From IMG/VR virus record IMGVR_UViG_648276652_000022: DNA of 10,631 nucleotides. One strand, written 5' to 3'. Positions 1-6,738 of the stretch are shown piece by piece (positions within the stretch are counted from its first letter, which is position 1; every line of letters starts with the position of its first letter). The notes beneath the pieces are model-generated. The model had not been told where the DNA came from. It did no database searches and saw only the letters and a program-made list of their open reading frames with translations. A program made the position numbers and the translations under genes. Source of the DNA: a virus. Lineage: Duplodnaviria > Heunggongvirae > Uroviricota > Caudoviricetes.

Positions 1-1254
1 ATGCTGGAACAAATGGGCATTGCCGCGAAGCAAGCCTCGTATAAATTAGCGCAACTCTCCAGCCGCGAAAAAAATCGCGTGCTGGAAAAAATCGCCGATG
101 AACTGGAAGCACAAAGCGAAATCATCCTCAACGCTAACGCCCAGGATGTTGCTGACGCGCGTGCCAATGGCCTTGGCGAAGCGATGCTTGACCGTCTGGC
201 ACTGACGCCCGCACGGCTGAAAGGCATTGCCGATGATGTGCGCCAGGTGTGTAACCTCGCCGATCCGGTGGGGCAGGTAATCGATGGCAGCGTACTGGAC
301 AGCGGCCTGCGTCTTGAGCGTCGTCGCGTACCGCTGGGGGTTATTGGCGTGATTTATGAAGCGCGCCCGAACGTGACGGTTGATGTCGCTTCGCTGTGCC
401 TGAAAACCGGTAATGCGGTGATCCTGCGCGGTGGCAAAGAAACGTGTCGCACTAACGCTGCAACGGTGGCGGTGATTCAGGACGCCCTGAAATCCTGCGG
501 CTTACCGGCGGGTGCCGTGCAGGCGATTGATAATCCTGACCGTGCGCTGGTCAGTGAAATGCTGCGTATGGATAAATACATCGACATGCTGATCCCGCGT
601 GGTGGCGCTGGTTTGCATAAACTGTGCCGTGAACAGTCGACAATCCCGGTGATCACAGGTGGTATAGGCGTATGCCATATTTACGTTGATGAAAGTGTAG
701 AGATCGCTGAAGCATTAAAAGTGATCGTCAACGCGAAAACTCAGCGTCCGAGCACATGTAATACGGTTGAAACGTTGCTGGTGAATAAAAACATCGCCGA
801 TAGCTTCCTGCCCGCATTAAGCAAACAAATGGCGGAAAGCGGCGTGACATTACACGCAGATGCAGCTGCACTGGCGCAGTTGCAGGCAGGCCCTGCGAAG
901 GTGGTTGCTGTTAAAGCCGAAGAGTATGACGATGAGTTTCTGTCATTAGATTTGAACGTCAAAATCGTCAGCGATCTTGACGATGCCATCGCCCATATTC
1001 GTGAACACGGCACACAACACTCCGATGCGATCCTGACCCGCGATATGCGCAACGCCCAGCGTTTTGTTAACGAAGTGGATTCGTCCGCTGTTTACGTTAA
1101 CGCCTCTACGCGTTTTACCGACGGCGGCCAGTTTGGTCTGGGTGCGGAAGTGGCGGTAAGCACACAAAAACTCCACGCGCGTGGCCCAATGGGGCTGGAA
1201 GCACTGACCACTTACAAGTGGATCGGCATTGGTGATTACACCATTCGTGCGTAA
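1..1254 (+). CDS. proA: Gamma-glutamyl phosphate reductase (glutamate-5-semialdehyde dehydrogenase), full length, 417 aa
   Basis: Uninterrupted 417-aa ORF starting at ATG position 1; translation recognised as enterobacterial ProA over its full length. Followed by an imperfect inverted repeat (1259-1271 / 1304-1316) that may be its terminator. Confidence 0.95.
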   Translation: MLEQMGIAAKQASYKLAQLSSREKNRVLEKIADELEAQSEIILNANAQDVADARANGLGEAMLDRLALTPARLKGIADDVRQVCNLADPVGQVIDGSVLDSGLRLERRRVPLGVIGVIYEARPNVTVDVASLCLKTGNAVILRGGKETCRTNAATVAVIQDALKSCGLPAGAVQAIDNPDRALVSEMLRMDKYIDMLIPRGGAGLHKLCREQSTIPVITGGIGVCHIYVDESVEIAEALKVIVNAKTQRPSTCNTVETLLVNKNIADSFLPALSKQMAESGVTLHADAAALAQLQAGPAKVVAVKAEEYDDEFLSLDLNVKIVSDLDDAIAHIREHGTQHSDAILTRDMRNAQRFVNEVDSSAVYVNASTRFTDGGQFGLGAEVAVSTQKLHARGPMGLEALTTYKWIGIGDYTIRA

Positions 1255-1368
1255 ATAAAACCGGGTGATGCAAAAGTAGCCATTTGATTCACAAGGCCAT
1301 TGACGCATCGCCCGGTTAGTTTTAACCTTGTCCACCGTGATTCACGTTCGTGAACATGTCCTTTCAGG

Positions 1369-1444
1369 GCCGATATAGCTCAGTTGGTAGAGCAGCGCAT
1401 TCGTAATGCGAAGGTCGTAGGTTCGACTCCTATTATCGGCACCA
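1369..1444 (+). tRNA. thrW: tRNA-Thr (anticodon CGU), prophage integration target
   Basis: 76-nt sequence GCCGATATAGCTCAGTTGGTAGAGCAGCGCATTCGTAATGCGAAGGTCGTAGGTTCGACTCCTATTATCGGCACCA read directly; cloverleaf-compatible, anticodon loop carries CGT, ends in CCA. Position immediately 3' of proA matches the known thrW locus. Confidence 0.93.
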
Positions 1445-1458
1445 TTAAAATCAATAAG

Positions 1459-2622
1459 TTACACATCATTAGTACCTTCCTTATTTTTTGACTGGGACAA
1501 ATTTGGGACCGATGGGTTCAGGATCGAGTCTATTTGCCGTGCGTGTTCGGTAAGGTGATTAGGTGCAAGGTGAGCATATCGACGAACCATTTCGATAGAC
1601 TCCCAGCCTCCCATTTCCTGTAACACTGACAACGGGACTCCGGCTTGAACCAGCCAACTTGCCCAGGTGTGTCTCAAGTCGTGAAATCTGAAATCATCAA
1701 TACCAGCCCGTCTCAGCGCCGCTTTCCAGGCTGTGTTTGCGTCATACCGCATCTTCCTTACTGTTGGCGCTTTCGTTCCGTCTGGTTTGGTACAGCTTTC
1801 CTTGTACACAAATACCCAACGGTGATGATTCCCGATTTGTTTTTTCAATACGCGACATGCAGTATCATTCAGCGCAACGCCAATTGCGCGGTTTGATTTA
1901 CTCTCTTCCGGGTTTATCCATGCCACCCGGCGCTGCATATCTATTTGTTGCCATTCAAGGTTGATGATGTTCGAGCGTCTTAAGCCTGTTGCCAGTGCAA
2001 ATTCAACAACAGACTTTAATGGCTCCGGACATTCATCAATCAGCCTTTGTGCTTCATGGGGCTCCAGCCAGCGGATCCGTTTATTCTTTGGTTGAGGCAC
2101 TTTAATAATTGGTGCCTTATCCAGCATTTTCCATTCACGCTCTGCGGCTCTTAGTAGGGCCTTTATAAATGAAAGATGCGTAGCCTTCGTTGCAACGGAC
2201 GCTGGTTTTGGCGTGTATTCTGGAACAGGTTTCCCTTTTTTTCTGCATGCTTCTGCCCTGAGTTTCCAGTTTTCCTCATGACGCCGGTTCGTCATTTTCT
2301 GCATTGCTGAATAAATTTTTGATTCAGTAATGTCTCTTAGTTGCATTCCTGCGAAATGTTGAAGCCAGAATCCGATCCGGCTTTTGTCATCGTCCAGTGA
2401 TTTTTTATGTGCTTTCTCTTCAAGCCACCTGACACACGCTTCCTCGAACGTTATATCAGGTATTTCACCAAGTTTGCTGACCCGCCATGCTTCAGCCTTT
2501 AGCTTGTCATGGAGTTCTGTCGCCTGCCTTTTGTCCTTTGTTCCAAGAGACTGTTTAAATCTTTTACCGTTCGGCAATGTGAAACTGGCGTACCATATTT
2601 CACCTCTGCGGAAGAGTGACAT
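1459..2622 (-). CDS. int: Tyrosine site-specific integrase, P22-type, 387 aa
   Basis: 387-aa ORF beginning [14 protein letters not shown], recognised as near-identical in length and sequence to phage P22 Int; C-terminal catalytic region with R...HDLRHT...Y motifs. Reads toward the tRNA, 14 bp from its 3' end, as expected for an att-adjacent int. Confidence 0.95.
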   Translation of the reverse strand: MSLFRRGEIWYASFTLPNGKRFKQSLGTKDKRQATELHDKLKAEAWRVSKLGEIPDITFEEACVRWLEEKAHKKSLDDDKSRIGFWLQHFAGMQLRDITESKIYSAMQKMTNRRHEENWKLRAEACRKKGKPVPEYTPKPASVATKATHLSFIKALLRAAEREWKMLDKAPIIKVPQPKNKRIRWLEPHEAQRLIDECPEPLKSVVEFALATGLRRSNIINLEWQQIDMQRRVAWINPEESKSNRAIGVALNDTACRVLKKQIGNHHRWVFVYKESCTKPDGTKAPTVRKMRYDANTAWKAALRRAGIDDFRFHDLRHTWASWLVQAGVPLSVLQEMGGWESIEMVRRYAHLAPNHLTEHARQIDSILNPSVPNLSQSKNKEGTNDV

Positions 2623-2849
2623 TTTCTTTCCTCTGTTATGCCATCACCCGCGCTCACCTGGACAGTATGCAGCGGAGACTGAAGAGCCGCAATGCAGGCT
2701 TGTCGTGTTGTGAGGTAAGGAGATTTATTCTTAGTGGGATCTTTGCGTGTTGCCTGAAGACGCCCTGTGCGTATCCAGTTAATGGCAGTCGGTCTGGATA
2801 TCTTGAGAAAATGACAGGCCTCATCGAGTGTGAGGCTGTATGGCTCCAT
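2499..2849 (-). CDS. xis: Excisionase (Xis), 116 aa
   Basis: Listed ORF 2499..2933 contains an internal ATG at 2849 ([29 protein letters not shown]...) giving a 116-aa product with an HTH-like N-terminus, matching P22 Xis size; its 3' end overlaps the int 5' end. The start is inferred, and the upstream extension is rejected. Confidence 0.8.
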   Translation of the reverse strand: MEPYSLTLDEACHFLKISRPTAINWIRTGRLQATRKDPTKNKSPYLTTRQACIAALQSPLHTVQVSAGDGITEERKCHSSAEVKYGTPVSHCRTVKDLNSLLEQRTKGRRQNSMTS

Positions 2850-3154
2850 TATTTCACCTCTTGTTGTGACATTGTTGAAAAATGGATACCTGCTCGTTGC
2901 TGCCAGACGATCCAACCGAGAGTCATATCCCATGCCATGTATTCGTTATCGCCGTTTTTTGCTCTCCGACGATCTACTAAGTCACCGAAACGCTTTTCCA
3001 TGAATAATTCATAAGCTTCGCGTTCATCTGGTTCTACTTCCAGAGATAGGAGTGCGATTTCATAAGCACGGCGCTAAATATCGTCTCGCACGTCAAGGCT
3101 GCTGATACGCTCTTTAATTTCTTTAATCAGTTCTTTGTCGGTAAAAGTGGTCAT
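2849..3154 (-). pseudogene. yfdT: yfdT-like prophage gene (101 codons) interrupted by an in-frame TAG at codon 27
   Basis: Hand translation of the minus strand from ATG (3154-3152): MTTFTDKELIKEIKERISSLDVRDDI-TAG-RRAYEIALLSLEVEPDEREAYELFMEKRFGDLVDRRRAKNGDNEYMAWDMTLGWIVWQQRAGIHFSTMSQQEVK-TAA. The frame stays open for 102 codons apart from the single amber at 3074..3076. Its start shares a base with the yfdS stop (TAATG) and its stop overlaps the xis ATG. No ATG/GTG/TTG restart follows the amber. Confidence 0.5.
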
Positions 3155-3516
3155 TATGCTCCAGCCTCCGGTGCTTTTGGCATTACTGCCCAGTGAGTGA
3201 TATTGACGTTTTCAAGGTCCCCGACCTGAAATGTCCACTGCCATTCTCCGGTTTCTTTTTGTCCCCAGGTGTACCAGAGAGAACGCCAGCCAATTAGCCA
3301 GCCTTCTCCGTTAGCATCGAATAACAAAACACTTTCATTTGCTGGTGGCAGTTCAGTTGACACTGGTATTACTTTGTTTTCCTGTGCTGCACATTTAGCT
3401 TCAAGCGCATCGAATTTACGCACCAGGTATTCAGCATCTGTTTCATTTACTTTCAGATCTCGCGGTACACATCTCCCACGAAGAAACCCTTCCATTTCGA
3501 AAACATTCATGCGCAT
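3154..3516 (-). CDS. yfdS: Prophage protein, Trp-rich C-terminus (DUF551-like), 120 aa
   Basis: 120-aa ORF; size and position after yfdR match the CPS-53 yfdS gene; C-terminal GWLIGW...WYTW...W pattern. The alternative start at 3510 forms an ATGA overlap with the yfdR stop. Confidence 0.7.
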   Translation of the reverse strand: MRMNVFEMEGFLRGRCVPRDLKVNETDAEYLVRKFDALEAKCAAQENKVIPVSTELPPANESVLLFDANGEGWLIGWRSLWYTWGQKETGEWQWTFQVGDLENVNITHWAVMPKAPEAGA

Positions 3517-4043
3517 TTGCGTAACTCCGATAACTCGTTAAAGCGTTCCATAAACATCCCGTAGGCATGGCCCGGTGCCAGTGGAATCACGTTGAACATC
3601 TCTGTTGCCGGGATACCTTCCAGTACAGGCCAGAAAGAGCCATCATCAAGCCCGAGATCGCGGCGTTCGGTTGCCAGCATGATGAGATCGGCATATTTCA
3701 CGGGCGTACTCATAACTGGGGGTAACCCGTATTTCTCACGGATTACGGCGTCTATTTTTTCTTCCATTTGTTTATAGTCAGGAAGAAGGCGTTTCAGTGG
3801 TGCGGGAATGTCCTGGCAATACGCTTCTGTTGCATCATGCATTAACGCTTCAAAAGCAAATTCCTGCGGCACCAACTGGCTGCAAAGAACCGCATGTTGG
3901 GCGACGCTGTAGAAGTGCGAAAGATGACCGGCAAAGCGACAGATATTTGAAAGGGAAACCGCGATATCGTTAATATCGATGTCGTCTTTATTTATCCTGT
4001 CATAATAAAAATGCTTCCCGGAAAAAGTTTTAATAAATGACAT
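3507..4043 (-). CDS. yfdR: HD-domain phosphohydrolase (5'-deoxynucleotidase-like), 178 aa
   Basis: The listed ORF starts at a GTG (4070); the internal ATG at 4043 is preceded by GGAG 8 nt upstream and gives a 178-aa product MSFIKTFSGKHFYYD... with an H...HD metal-binding signature (LMHDATEAY). Recognised as YfdR-like. Confidence 0.85.
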   Translation of the reverse strand: MSFIKTFSGKHFYYDRINKDDIDINDIAVSLSNICRFAGHLSHFYSVAQHAVLCSQLVPQEFAFEALMHDATEAYCQDIPAPLKRLLPDYKQMEEKIDAVIREKYGLPPVMSTPVKYADLIMLATERRDLGLDDGSFWPVLEGIPATEMFNVIPLAPGHAYGMFMERFNELSELRKCA

Positions 4044-4137
4044 TTTGTTCTCCACGTATATGCGCTGCACCGCGCTGAATTCTGGTAAAAAGAATCCCTC
4101 ACCATCCGGCGATTATTGAGTAAATTACGTTTCCATA

Positions 4138-4158
4138 AATGCCCCCGCAGGGGCATTT
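4138..4158. other. Perfect 9-bp stem / 3-nt loop hairpin between yfdQ and yfdR
   Basis: AAATGCCCC-GCA-GGGGCATTT read directly; lies in the 127-bp gap after the yfdQ stop. No clear U-tract, so its role (processing site, attenuator, protein-binding site) is undetermined. Confidence 0.4.
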
Positions 4159-4170
4159 GCAGTAATGAAA

Positions 4171-4995
4171 TCAGGCGGTGAAAGTACCAATAAAGGTTTC
4201 TACTTTGCTGTCCTTGAATTTCTCAACAAGCAGATCACGAAATTCGTTAGCCATTTCTTCCTGCACCGCCTCCAGCTGAATAATGCGCAGAACCAGTACA
4301 GGACGATCGCCAGTGATAATACTGAGGCGTAATTTAAACGGACGTTCTTTCAGACCTTCAAACGGAACGCATTTAAATTCAAATGCCACTGGCATAATGT
4401 CTTTGGTCTTCGCTTCGACAGACTCCATCAGGGAGCGTTTGCCGCTGAAGTCATTATCTTCAAAATCAGCGGTCTGGTTTGCTTCAATCGTGATTTTACG
4501 GACAGCCGCAGCCGCTTTTGTTGCCTGAATAGCGTCACCATTAGCATCAAAGCCCACAAGATAGTCGGCCCAGTCTTCAATCCATTCTGCCAGTGACTTC
4601 TGGGAGTTACGCTCGCCGTTAACAGACAACAGAGCAGAGAACGGTGCTGTCTTTTTCAGTTTGAGTGTGGCGGTGTTATCTGCGTGACCTGGTTCATCAA
4701 TAGTACCCAGGTTAAGCACACTGACGGCACGCATATTATCAGCATCGATAAAGCAGCGGGTGCCTTCATCTGCAAGATCTTTAGAATAACGGGTAAAGTC
4801 ATCGATGCTGGCAGTGGAAAGCGCACCACGGAAACGGAAGCGATTTAAATTAAATTTTTCCAGATCATGAATGCGGAAATTCTCAGGCAATGCCACAGCA
4901 TCGGCACCAATCTTACTGATAATTTCATTAACACCCTGAGCAGAAATAAGGGCATGGATTTGATTAATTGCGGTTGCGTCTAAGTTCTGAGACAT
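4171..4995 (-). CDS. yfdQ: DUF2303-family prophage protein, 274 aa
   Basis: 274-aa [24 protein letters not shown]... with GAGGA 8 nt upstream of the ATG; recognised as YfdQ-like (CPS-53). Confidence 0.85.
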   Translation of the reverse strand: MSQNLDATAINQIHALISAQGVNEIISKIGADAVALPENFRIHDLEKFNLNRFRFRGALSTASIDDFTRYSKDLADEGTRCFIDADNMRAVSVLNLGTIDEPGHADNTATLKLKKTAPFSALLSVNGERNSQKSLAEWIEDWADYLVGFDANGDAIQATKAAAAVRKITIEANQTADFEDNDFSGKRSLMESVEAKTKDIMPVAFEFKCVPFEGLKERPFKLRLSIITGDRPVLVLRIIQLEAVQEEMANEFRDLLVEKFKDSKVETFIGTFTA

Positions 4996-5060
4996 AATAA
5001 GTCCTCACTATATAAAGATATTCAGTGATGAGATAAATAATCAGTTAATTAAAAACGATA

Positions 5061-5423
5061 TTAACGACCTGCTGCGCGGAGTTTTCCGTCAGGTTCACCG
5101 GCAAGAGTCAGTAACTGTCCCTGGTCTTCCTGCAGAATAGTCAGGCGACCACCGCGATTGACATACATCGGCGTTTCGGTGGTGTCTTCTTCGGAAATTT
5201 TCCCGCGGTTAGTCGGGCGAACATATGAGAGTTTGTGTTTGATTTTCACACGGTTCTCATCAAATGGTTCGATTTCCAGGTTGAGTGAGACCTTACCTTT
5301 GGTTTTCGTGTTCATCACACCGGAAGCGACTTCACTGAGAACTGCGCCGATTTTGGTTTCAAATACGCCGCCGTCCAGCTCCCCGATAAATGCCTGCACA
5401 TCAGTACTGCGTTCGCTAGCCAT
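5061..5423 (-). CDS. yfdP: Prophage protein, 120 aa
   Basis: Listed ORF 5061..5741 is over-extended; the internal ATG at 5423 (MASERSTDVQAFIGELDGG...) is preceded by GAGGAG 7 nt upstream and gives 120 aa, matching YfdP. Confidence 0.8.
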   Translation of the reverse strand: MASERSTDVQAFIGELDGGVFETKIGAVLSEVASGVMNTKTKGKVSLNLEIEPFDENRVKIKHKLSYVRPTNRGKISEEDTTETPMYVNRGGRLTILQEDQGQLLTLAGEPDGKLRAAGR

Positions 5424-5471
5424 TTTGCTGCTCCTCATCATATCGACCCTGCAAGGCCGATTAGTTTCTCC

Positions 5472-5560
5472 ACAAAACAGAGAAGAACACCTGCGGTGGC
5501 AGCCGCCCGGATGGATTGGGTTATGAGCCCGTCGTCCGGTGATGCTCTTCTCTGTTTTGT
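5472..5560. repeat. 15-bp perfect inverted repeat (ACAAAACAGAGAAGA / TCTTCTCTGTTTTGT) flanking a 59-bp GC-rich spacer
   Basis: Arms at 5472-5486 and 5546-5560 are exact reverse complements (checked base by base). They sit in a ~470 bp region without a convincing ORF. Confidence 0.6.
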
Positions 5561-5824
5561 AAAAAGGACGGTACCAGCCGGAAGCAAGGGTACAAACTGG
5601 TACCTCCAGGACTACACACAGCATAAAGTTGTGGTGCCGGGTGCCTCCCGGTGCCTGGCGAAGGTTGCACACCAGACGGGTGGGTATCCACAGAAGGTCG
5701 ACTGTCAGCCTCAACCTTAACCCGCGTGCGCTGAGCCGCATTCACCACAACGCTAAGGATTCTCTCTGGTTAAAAATACTTAGCTGTTATGTGCCTGCTT
5801 TTAGCCACATCAGGCGAGGTGGAC

Positions 5825-5877
5825 CTGGTTATTCCCCAACAACAAGGATTCGGTTAATCTGGTTATCCCCAACAACG
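5825..5877 (+). repeat. Two ~19-bp direct repeats CTGGTTAT(T)CCCCAACAAC immediately upstream of the 144-aa ORF
   Basis: Copies at 5825-5844 and 5859-5877 differ by one T; further CTGGTTA / CGGTTAA copies at 5766-5772 and 5851-5857. Candidate regulator-binding sites or promoter elements. Confidence 0.5.
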
Positions 5878-5891
5878 CAAAAGGAAAAGAA

Positions 5892-6326
5892 ATGTCCGGT
5901 AATATCTACACGCTGTACAAATCCCACTGTGAAAATGTTGGAAAGTATCGGGGCATTGAAATCAGTGGGGTAGTGTCATCAGTCGAAATAAGCAAAGTGG
6001 AATCAAGGGCAACATTACTTACTCTTCTGGACCTTGTCTTACATGAGCACCGGAAGAAATTCGGCACTCCCTATAATCAGTTGAATGGGAAAAAGGCTCT
6101 GGTTCACCTTATTCTGATGAAGCATCACTGGATGCCAAAACAGATTAATGAGATGAAATTTGATGAACTTCTTCTTTCAATTCAGGATGAACTCACACTT
6201 GATAAAATAAGCGTAACCGCCCAGAAATTTTTAGATTATCGAGACTGGAGATCACAAATTCATCACTTTGATGATTTTGACGAAAATGAATGGGATCCTA
6301 ATTTGTCTGCACAATATCTAAAGTAA
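5892..6326 (+). CDS. Hypothetical protein, 144 aa, AT-rich moron-like gene on the opposite strand to the surrounding early-left genes
   Basis: ATG at 5892 with AAGGA 6 nt upstream; open for 144 codons; visibly lower GC than flanking genes (by eye roughly 40% versus about 50%); acidic C-terminus (HHFDDFDENEWDPN). No family recognised. Confidence 0.7.
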   Translation: MSGNIYTLYKSHCENVGKYRGIEISGVVSSVEISKVESRATLLTLLDLVLHEHRKKFGTPYNQLNGKKALVHLILMKHHWMPKQINEMKFDELLLSIQDELTLDKISVTAQKFLDYRDWRSQIHHFDDFDENEWDPNLSAQYLK

Positions 6327-6504
6327 CATCCTGTGATAAAACCGTGATTTCCTGATCCAGTTTTTTTAAGGAGTCTATTGTTTCCTGTCGATAAGACAGC
6401 ACTTCACGAAGCTGGTTTATAGCTGCCAGCTTCTTTGCCATCCACTCGTAAATTTCCTCATTTGTGTATCCGGGCGCGACGATTTTGGGTTCTGTTTTGT
6501 GCAT
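6298..6504 (-). CDS. Hypothetical small protein, 68 aa, first gene downstream of pL
   Basis: The listed 73-aa ORF starts at TTG (6519), but TTGAGGAGG is better read as the Shine-Dalgarno GAGGAGG, 6 nt upstream of the ATG at 6504 (MHKTEPKIVAPGYTNEEIYEWMAKKLAAINQLREV...). Heptad-like, probably helical. Its 3' end overlaps the 144-aa ORF convergently by 29 bp. Confidence 0.65.
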   Translation of the reverse strand: MHKTEPKIVAPGYTNEEIYEWMAKKLAAINQLREVLSYRQETIDSLKKLDQEITVLSQDVTLDIVQTN

Positions 6505-6549
6505 TTCACACCTCCTCAAGTTATCAGTTACTTGTTGATGGGGACCAGA

Positions 6550-6561
6550 TTGTTAAAGAGC
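6550..6561 (-). promoter_or_regulatory. boxA-like antitermination element (GCTCTTTAACAA) in the pL leader
   Basis: Minus-strand reading of 6561..6550 is GCTCTTTAACAA, matching the E. coli rrn boxA consensus TGCTCTTTAACAA at 12 of 12 shared positions. A stem-loop lies 3 nt 5' of it on the same RNA, the rrn-style boxB-boxA order. Confidence 0.45.
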
Positions 6562-6562
6562 T

Positions 6563-6586
6563 AAGCGTCCTGTAGGGCGCTTTTTT
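6563..6586 (+). terminator. Rho-independent terminator on the + strand (GCGTCC-TGTA-GGGCGC followed by TTTTTT)
   Basis: 6-bp stem (one G-U pair) at 6565-6570 / 6575-6580, then a T-run at 6581-6586. The same hairpin on the minus-strand RNA is the structure upstream of the boxA-like element. Confidence 0.55.
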
Positions 6587-6671
6587 GTTGCTAACGAATC
6601 ACCCTAGACTTTATATGCCCCAGGCGGCTACTTCGTGGGCGTCCTGCCTGTTCGTTGTTTCTCTTGGGTAC

Positions 6672-6699
6672 ATTATGTATCTCATGGGTACATTGTCAA
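6672..6699 (-). promoter_or_regulatory. Leftward early promoter pL (TTGACA-16 bp-CATAAT) with embedded operator TGTACCCATGAGATACA
   Basis: On the minus strand: consensus -35 TTGACA (plus 6694-6699), 16-bp spacer, -10 CATAAT (plus 6672-6677). The 17-mer at 6676-6692 fits the T-GTAY-N7-GTAC-A dyad pattern also found at OR. Confidence 0.55.
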
Positions 6700-6700
6700 G

Positions 6701-6726
6701 TATAAAAAAACCTGCCGAAGCAGGTT
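6701..6726 (-). terminator. Rho-independent terminator downstream of the repressor gene (UUCG-loop hairpin followed by U-run)
   Basis: Minus-strand RNA: AACCUGC-UUCG-GCAGGUU followed by a run of U (plus-strand A-run 6704-6710), beginning 12 nt after the cI stop. Confidence 0.55.
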
Positions 6727-6738
6727 CATAAACATTGA

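Noticed and set aside
741-1335. Minus-strand ORFs 741..1052 and 946..1335 overlapping proA
   Set aside because: Entirely antisense to a confidently identified, full-length proA; no ribosome-binding site and low-complexity translations; typical shadow ORFs.
2499-2622. 124-bp xis-int overlap as a possible anomaly or frameshift
   Set aside because: Overlap of excisionase and integrase reading frames is the normal arrangement in lambdoid int/xis modules; both frames are intact.
1645-2713. Plus-strand ORFs 1645..1896, 1737..1964 and 2384..2713 inside int/xis
   Set aside because: Antisense to the integrase and excisionase genes; Ser/Leu/Cys-rich translations with no recognisable features.
2850-2933. 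N-terminal extension of the xis ORF (listed start 2933)
   Set aside because: The 28-codon extension (MGYDSRLDRLAATSRYPFFNNVTTRGEI) overlaps the coding frame of the upstream yfdT-like gene; the internal ATG at 2849 gives the expected ~116-aa excisionase.
3269-3777. Plus-strand ORFs 3269..3541 and 3592..3777
   Set aside because: Antisense to yfdS and yfdR; Ser/Arg-rich translations; no start context.
4283-4528. Plus-strand ORF 4283..4528 inside yfdQ
   Set aside because: Antisense shadow ORF of a confidently called gene.
5568-5610. GGTACC / GGTACA motifs (5571-5605) as additional repressor operators
   Set aside because: GTAC cores here are spaced 10 bp apart, not the 11 bp seen in the three T-GTAY-N7-GTAC-A sites, and GTAC tetramers are expected by chance at this density.
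5158-5973. ORFs 5158..5526 (+), 5496..5720 (+), 5521..5748 (-), 5629..5973 (+) and the 5' extension of yfdP to 5741
   Set aside because: None has a Shine-Dalgarno or a plausible protein-like translation (Pro/Arg/Gly-rich, GC-rich frame artefacts); 5629..5973 would run through the well-supported start of the 144-aa ORF in another frame. The region is treated as non-coding.
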